Below are positions 57,878 through 64,000 of a stretch of DNA of 64,000 bases, piece after piece. This DNA comes from an uncultured bacterium (GTDB lineage: Bacteria > Patescibacteriota > Microgenomatia > Levybacterales > UBA12049). Numbering within the stretch: the first letter of the stretch is position 1; each line of letters begins with the position of its first letter. The notes beneath the pieces are model-generated. The model had not been told where the DNA came from. It saw nothing but the letters and a program-made list of their open reading frames with translations, and did no database searches. The position numbers were made by a program, and so were the translations under genes. The DNA lies in NCBI GenBank assembly GCA_963826535.1, contig CAWGXL010000010.1, positions 426,814 to 490,813 of the forward strand. The letters run 5' to 3'.

Positions 57878-59308
57878 TCAGGCGGCCTGGTAGTAGTCCT
57901 CGGCGAGCGATGACACGAGGCGCGCCGCCGGCACCTCCGGCGGCGCCGCGATCACCGGGGCGTCCACCACGGCTCTGAGCGCATCGAAGCACGCCGGGTC
58001 CAGCGCCGTGCCGACCTCGCGGCCCATGATGTCGAGCACGCGCTCGACCGGCAGGCCGGCGCGATACGGCCGCGAGCTGCGCAGCGCGTCGAAAATGTCG
58101 GCGACGCACAAGACGCGCGAGCTGGTCGACAGCGCCGATTCGGACACGCCGCGGTGATATCCCTTGCCGTCCAGACGCTCGTGGTGTGACGAGGCGGACA
58201 GGGCGAATGGCTGGAAGCACGGCACGCGGGTCAGGATCTCGTGCGTGAACCGCGGGTGCTTGCGCATGGCCGCGAATTCCGGGTCGGTCAGCTTGCCGGG
58301 CTTGTCCAGGATCAGGTTCGACACTCCCAGCTTGCCCAGATCGTGGAGCAGCGCCGACGCGGCGCAGCTCGCGCAGGGCGACCCGCCCGTAGCCAAGCCG
58401 CTCGCCGATCGCCACCGCGGTGGCGGCCACGCCGCTCGAATGCTGATACGTCCACGGCGACTTCGCGTCGATCACCCTGGCGAAGGCCTCGGCCACACGG
58501 TCGATGTCGGCCTCGCCCGCCACGATCACGCGATCGGCCGGCTCCACGGCGCGCAGCGTGTCAGCGTGGTCCGTGCCGCCCAGCCGGCGCCAGAACCCGA
58601 ATCCGACTCCATCGACAGCCAGCGCGTCCACGAGGTCGGGATCGAACCACGTGCCGCGCCGCGCCTCGCGCCATGTCGTAGGCGGTCGTGACCCCGTAGG
58701 TGGTGAAGAAGACCTCGACGGTCTGCGCCAGGCCCAGCACGCGCGCCAGCACCGGAATCTCGTCGCGCTTCAACGAGTACGGCTGGCCGTGCCCGTCCCA
58801 GTGCTCGTCGAGCGCCCGGATCGCCGCCGCGGTGGCATCCTCCAACCGAAGCAGCCTCGCGATGTCGGCGCCTCGCTCGCAGCGCGTCCGCACCACCTCG
58901 CGCGGCTCCTTCCGGCCCGTGCGCAAGGATGGCCAGGAGGCGCCAGACGCGCTTGAGCACAGGCTGGCCAGGCGCCGCATTGCGCGCGACGAGCCGGAAC
59001 GCCTCGAGGGCGTGCGCCCAGTTGATGTGCTTGATCGCGTTCTTGACGTCGTGATCGTTGGCGCCGAAGAGCGCCGCGAACCGGGCGGCGTTGCTGGAGC
59101 AGCCCAGGTCCTTCATCAGCAGCGCGTAGAAGAGCGCGGAGCGATCGGCGTACGGGAGGTTGATCTCCTGCGCCAGCCGCATCCCGATCAGGCAGCTGCG
59201 AACCGCATGGCCGGGCCGCTGGCCTTCGGTGAGGTCGAGGGCGTACGACAGTCCGGACAGCACCTCGGACAGACGCATGCCGCCGGTCGCCGGCACATCG
59301 TGGTTCAT
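57878..59308 (-). CDS. Dual-domain HD-GYP phosphohydrolase (frameshifted)
   Basis: ALDLTEGQRPGH, LMKDLGC, EHWDGHG, DAKSPWTYQHS, LLHDLGK, HHERLDGKGYH, RPYR. Confidence 0.85.
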
Positions 59309-59379
59309 CGATACAGTTGTCGGTGCCGGTGAGGCGCCTCTGCACCAAGGCGCGGTGTGCAGTTCTGGGCGGCGCCGCG

Positions 59380-60078
59380 TCAAAGAACGGTCAGGGCACC
59401 GAGGAGCAGGCGGTTCTTCGGCGTGATGTCCCGGGGAATGGTCTGCGTCCAGACGCGATAGCCCAGCGCCTCGAGCCGCGTGGCGCGGCCGACGTCGATC
59501 GCCAGCGCCGGGTCCAGCCAGCCGGTCAGATGCACGCCGTCGAGAGAGCTGTCGTCGTGACAGCACGGCAGCACGGCCACGCGTGCACGAGCGGCGCTGG
59601 CGAGGGACAACACCTCGTCGGTCAATGAGCCGCACGCGTGGCACGAGACCACGAGGTCGCCCGGCATGACCGCGGCCTCCTGCAGTCGTCCCGGAACGAA
59701 GGTCACGCGGCCGGTCAGGCGGGGCCACTCGCGGGCCAGGGCGTCTTGCAGCTTGGCAGCCGACGGAGGCACGACGTCGTCCACGACGATCGCCGACTCC
59801 GACGAGTCGTCCAGCAACAAGAGCGTCTGGGCCAGGAGCCCGTGGCCGCCTGCCAGATCCACGACGCGGCCGCCTCGGAACAAGCGCCTCACGCGCCGGG
59901 CCATCTCCCAGCTTTCGAACAGCTCCTTGCGCGGCAGGCAGCCAGCGGCACACACCGCCCGCCCCAACCGATCGAACAGCGACTCGCTGGGGAAGCGACC
60001 CAGATCGTGCGCCGTCAGCCTGTTGCCCGAGGCCCGATTGAACGAATGCAGTCCGGCTGCAGTTTGTGACTTGTGCAT
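59380..60078 (-). CDS. Methyltransferase
   Basis: DLAGGHGLL, HACGSLTD, LPCC, ITPKNRLL. Confidence 0.8.
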   Translation of the reverse strand: MHKSQTAAGLHSFNRASGNRLTAHDLGRFPSESLFDRLGRAVCAAGCLPRKELFESWEMARRVRRLFRGGRVVDLAGGHGLLAQTLLLLDDSSESAIVVDDVVPPSAAKLQDALAREWPRLTGRVTFVPGRLQEAAVMPGDLVVSCHACGSLTDEVLSLASAARARVAVLPCCHDDSSLDGVHLTGWLDPALAIDVGRATRLEALGYRVWTQTIPRDITPKNRLLLGALTVL

Positions 60079-60102
60079 TGTGAATTGTGAATTGCCTTCC
60101 CC

Positions 60103-60912
60103 TCACCTCTTCACCGATAGTCCGTACACCTCTATCCGGCCCACGTTCACGAACCCACCCCACCCGTGGCCGCTGCCCGGCAGCAGATCGGCGAACCCGA
60201 TCTCATCGACGCGGCTCAGGTCCGGCACCACCCAGGCCTGACCGCGCGTCACGACCCGCGTGATGTCGAGCGGCAGCCACCGCACGTTGGCGATCGCGAA
60301 CTCGGACTCCACGAAGAGCCCCGAGTTGGCGGACTGTCCCCCGTCGGCGTGGTCGCCCACCAGCCACGTGCCGTCCGCAAGCTTCACCACGGGCCGCACG
60401 ACGTGAAAGCCCGACGTGCGCGTGACCCAGCGGACGCGCGCCGCGCCGGTCAGGTTCACGAAGCTCTCGCGGTGGCGCAGCGTCGCGGCCACCGGCGACT
60501 GGCACACGCCGGTCCACAGATTCGGCGGATCGGACGGCTGGCCCGCCACCACCTTCGCCGGCGGCGGGTTCTGGTTGTATCCAGCCAGCTGGATGCACGA
60601 CGGCCCGTCCCAGTCCACCGGTATCGACCCGGTCGGCGGGTTCTTCAGGTAGGCGGGGACGTTCTTCGCGTTCGGATCGTAGAGCCGCAGCTCGAGTTGG
60701 GGATTGGTCACCGCGGCGGCCGTCACGCCGGCCTCCGGGCGGAATCCAGTCGAGGCGTCGAACGGGCGCGACTGTCGCCACGGCTCGCGGAAGAACAGCG
60801 GCGGCCCCGGCGACGGCTCGAGAAACTTCGGTGCGGGCGCCTGCCCCTGCACCATCCCGCCGATCACCGCCACGAACGACGACGCAATCAGAAGGCACCG
60901 CATTTTCGTCAT
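60103..60912 (-). CDS. Secreted hypothetical protein
   Basis: Signal peptide; PLFFREPW, NLWTG, EIGFADL.PGSGHG. Confidence 0.6.
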   Translation of the reverse strand: MTKMRCLLIASSFVAVIGGMVQGQAPAPKFLEPSPGPPLFFREPWRQSRPFDASTGFRPEAGVTAAAVTNPQLELRLYDPNAKNVPAYLKNPPTGSIPVDWDGPSCIQLAGYNQNPPPAKVVAGQPSDPPNLWTGVCQSPVAATLRHRESFVNLTGAARVRWVTRTSGFHVVRPVVKLADGTWLVGDHADGGQSANSGLFVESEFAIANVRWLPLDITRVVTRGQAWVVPDLSRVDEIGFADLLPGSGHGWGGFVNVGRIEVYGLSVKR

Positions 60913-60935
60913 GGCGTGCAGCATATACTGCCGCG

Positions 60936-61739
60936 ATGCGACTCGCGCTCGCGGCACTCCTCGTGTCCAGCCTGGCCGCCGGCGTGTCGGCACAGTGGCT
61001 TCGCTATCCGTCAGCCGGCGTGCCCAAAGGACCAGACGGCAAGCCCAACATGGCGGCTCCGGCGCCGCGCACCGCCAGCGGTCAACCCGACTTCTCGGGC
61101 GTGTGGCTGGTGGACGGATTCGGGCCGCCAGGCGGTGAGGGCACGGGGCCCACGCCCAGGACCGTTTTCTTCGACGTCGCGCACGGCCTCGGCGGCCAGC
61201 GCCCGCCGTATCTGCCCTGGGCGGCCAAGCTGCGAGACGACCGGCGGGAACAGGAGGCCAAGGACAACCCGGACGCGCGCTGCCTGCCGATTGGCCCGCT
61301 GCAGATGCTGGCGCACCCGCTGCCGAAGAAGATCATCCAGGTGCCCGGCCTGCTGCTGATCCTGCACGAGCGGAACATGGAGTTCCGGCAGATCTTCCTC
61401 GATGGCCGTCCGCTGCCGGCCGACCAGCAACCCTCGTGGTATGGCTACTCGACGGCGCGGTGGGAGAAAGACACGCTGGTGGTCGAAACGTCGGGGCTTC
61501 GTGACGGCCTGTGGGCCGACTTCTACGGCAGCCCGCTGACCGACGCAGCGCGGATGACCGAGCGCTTCCGCCGCCCGAACTTCGGCACGCTGCTCGTGCA
61601 GGTGACCATCGACGATCCCAAGGCGTACTCGAAGCCGTGGACCGTCGACGTCAACCAGCACTACGGCATCGACACGGATCTCCTGGAGTACGCGTGTCTC
61701 GAGAATGAAAAAGACGTGCCTAGGCTCGTAGGGAAATAG
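60936..61739 (+). CDS. Secreted hypothetical protein, Acidobacteria-type family
   Basis: AQW..PKGPDGKPN..APAPR..PDFSGVW, CLP.G, YGYSTARWE.DTLVV, EYAC.ENEKD. Confidence 0.75.
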   Translation: MRLALAALLVSSLAAGVSAQWLRYPSAGVPKGPDGKPNMAAPAPRTASGQPDFSGVWLVDGFGPPGGEGTGPTPRTVFFDVAHGLGGQRPPYLPWAAKLRDDRREQEAKDNPDARCLPIGPLQMLAHPLPKKIIQVPGLLLILHERNMEFRQIFLDGRPLPADQQPSWYGYSTARWEKDTLVVETSGLRDGLWADFYGSPLTDAARMTERFRRPNFGTLLVQVTIDDPKAYSKPWTVDVNQHYGIDTDLLEYACLENEKDVPRLVGK

Positions 61740-61791
61740 CCGAGGCTCAGTTCCGCGTTCTTGGCAGGCCGAAGACCGGAGACTGAAGACT

Positions 61792-63548
61792 TCACATCCG
61801 CTCGAACCGCTTCTCGAGCTCGTGGCGCGTCAGCCGCAGCATCACTGGCCGGCCGTGCGGGCACACGGTCGAATAGGCGGTGCGGCGCACGCCGTCCAGG
61901 ATGTGCAGCATCTTCTCGTGGGTCAGCGGGTAGTTGGCCTTCACCGCGGCGTGGCAGGCCATCGTCGCGGCGATGCGCTTCACGGCGTCCACCACCGCGC
62001 GGCCGCGGTCCAGCTGTTCCAGGTCCTCGGCCAGCTCGCGCAGCGCGGCGCGGCTCTCCTCGCGGCTCAGGAGCGCCGGGCAGGCGGAGACGCGCACCGC
62101 GTCGGCGCCGAAGTCCTCGACCTCGAAGCCCAGGCGCGCCAGGTCCTCGGCGTGCGCCAGCAGCGCCTGGTGGCCCTCAGGCGCGACCTCCACGAGCATC
62201 GGTTCCAGCAGCCGCTGGCTTTCCAGCGCGCCTGACGTCAGCCGCTCGGTAATCCGCTCGAACAGCATCCGCTCGTGCGCCACGTGCTGGTCGATGATGG
62301 CGATGCCCTCTTCGTCCACGGCCACGATGAAGGTGTCGCGGAACTGGCCCAGCGGCATCAGCGTGCCGGGTGGGCCGGAGGCACTCGCAGCGCCGTCGCC
62401 CGCGCCGATACCGGCCGCCCCCTCGACGTGCTCCCGGAGCAGGACTGGAGGCGTCCAGCGGCTCGGAAAGACCGTCGGGTAGGGTGTCGGCAGGGTCATC
62501 GGCAGCGCCAACGGCGCGCCGTGCGGCCGCATCGGACATCGCCCCCGCGATGGTCAGCCCCGGCACCGGCGCGGCGCTCAAGGCATCGGCCACGGCCATG
62601 CGCACGCTGCTGTGGACGAACGACTGGTCCCGGAACCGCACCTCGGCCTTCGTGGGGTGCACGTTCACATCCACCGCAGTCGAGCGGCATCTCGATGAAG
62701 AGGTGCACCTCGGGGCTGCGCTCCTTGATCGAGGCCGCGCTGTAGGCATCGCCGATGGCATGCGCGATCGTCTTGTCGCGCACCATGCGGCGGTTGACGA
62801 ACACGTGCTGCGGGCCTCGCGGCACCGTGGACGCCAGCGCGGCCACCATGCCGTAGATCGCCGTGCCGCCGGTGCGGCGCTCCACCGGCACGAGATCGGT
62901 GCGGTGGCCGTAGACCTGGAACAGGCGGTCGCCCAGCGTCGCGGCCGGCGGGTATTCGAGACGGCGGCGTCCCGGCGCGACCAGCGCGAATCCGACGTCC
63001 ACGTAGCAGAGCGCCATCTGCGTCACGACGCGCGTGACCTGGGCCATCTCGGCCGCGTCCGACTTCAGGAACTTGCGCCGGGCCGGCAGGTTGTAGAAGA
63101 GGTCGCGCACCTCGACCGAGGTGCCCACGGGAGCGCCGGCGTCGCGAACCGAAGCCGGTGCGCCTCCGTCCACAGTGACCTCGACGCCGCCGGTGGCGTC
63201 GCGCGGCCGCGTGCGCAGCACGAAGTGCGACACGGAGGCGACGGCCGGAAGCGCCTCGCCGCGAAAACCCAGCGTGGCGATGCGGCCGAGGTCGTCCGAC
63301 GTCCGGATCTTGCTGGTGGCGTGGCGCTCCACGGCCAGCCGCGCGTCGTCGGGGTCCATGCCTTCCCCGTCGTCCTCGACGCGGATCAGGCGCTTGCCGC
63401 CCTGCTCCACGGTGATCACGATGCGCCGCGCGCCGGCATCGACGGCGTTCTCCACCAGCTCCTTGATGACCGACGCCGGCCGCTCCACCACTTCGCCGGC
63501 GGCAATCTGATCGGCCAGGTCCGCCGGGAGACGGACGATCTTCCCCAT
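61792..63548 (-). CDS. mutL: DNA mismatch repair endonuclease MutL (frameshifted near 62.5-62.7 kb)
   Basis: IAAGEVVERPAS, HATSK, GFRGEAL, DVNVHPTK, DQHVAHER, ACHAAVK, CPHGRP. Confidence 0.93.
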
Positions 63549-63551
63549 TCG

Positions 63552-64000
63552 CTACAGCCAGCGATTTCGCTTGAACACGGCCAGCATGCCGATCGACAGC
63601 GCCGCCATCAAGCCGGCCACCCACCAGAACTGCACCTCGAGGGCGCCAGGAAAGTGCGGCAGCGGCACGTTCATCCCCCACATGCCCGTCAGCACGGTCA
63701 GCGGCAGGAAGATCGTGGACATCACCGTCAGGACCTTCATCACCTGGTTCAACCGGTTCGACACGGCGGCCAGGTGCACCTCCAGGATCCCCGTCACGCG
63801 GTCCTGGAACAGCAGCGTCTCTTCGGTCACGCGCACCACGTGGTCGTAGACGTCGCGGAACCGGTAGGACATCTCGTCGGAGATCGCCGGGAACTCGCGC
63901 CGGGCCAGCCGGCCGATCACGTCGCGCTGCGGAATCAGGACGCGGCGCGCCGTCGCTCAGCTCGTGCCGCAGCTCGATGACGCGCCGGACCATGGCGTCG
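63552..64000 (-). CDS. corA: CorA Mg2+ transporter, C-terminal part
   Basis: FRDVYDH, NQVMKVLT, GMWGMN signature. Confidence 0.9.

Noticed and set aside
53692-63548. Programmed frameshifting or mass pseudogenisation
   Set aside because: Scattered indels in many unrelated genes, including mutL and fumC, fit low-coverage long-read error better
53810-63993. Many long overlapping Arg/Ala/Pro-rich ORFs
   Set aside because: Shadow ORFs expected in high-GC DNA, overlapping recognisable genes

Overview
The window has two unrelated parts. Bases 1 to ~53,693 are AT-rich, gene-dense chromosome whose content suggests a Patescibacteria/CPR (Microgenomates-like) genome; this is inference from TrmB-like regulators, a Cys-rich repeat protein, GT-C-like membrane proteins and small GIY-YIG genes beside tRNAs. 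It carries an FMN riboswitch over an ECF transporter, six tRNAs, nth, typA, a type II TA pair, a polar amino-acid ABC system and glycolipid-type glycosyltransferases. It also has two sortase-linked surface-fibre loci. The first (28.1-34.4 kb) has three paralogous Asn/Thr/Gly-rich ~90-aa-repeat proteins, one ending in LPTTG, plus a sortase, behind a DUF2292-like gene and a two-terminator leader; this is the best candidate for an undescribed system. The second (50.3-53.3 kb) has a TasA-like protein, a SipW peptidase fused to its own substrate-like domain, and a second sortase/LASTG pair. Short palindromes are inserted into a riboswitch, intergenic repeats and, in frame, into a CDS. At ~53,693 the sequence switches abruptly, mid-gene, to very GC-rich, frameshift-ridden DNA resembling Acidobacteria (fumC, PadR, HD-GYP, mutL, corA), most likely a chimeric join. 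Family assignments come from motif recognition by eye, not database searches.
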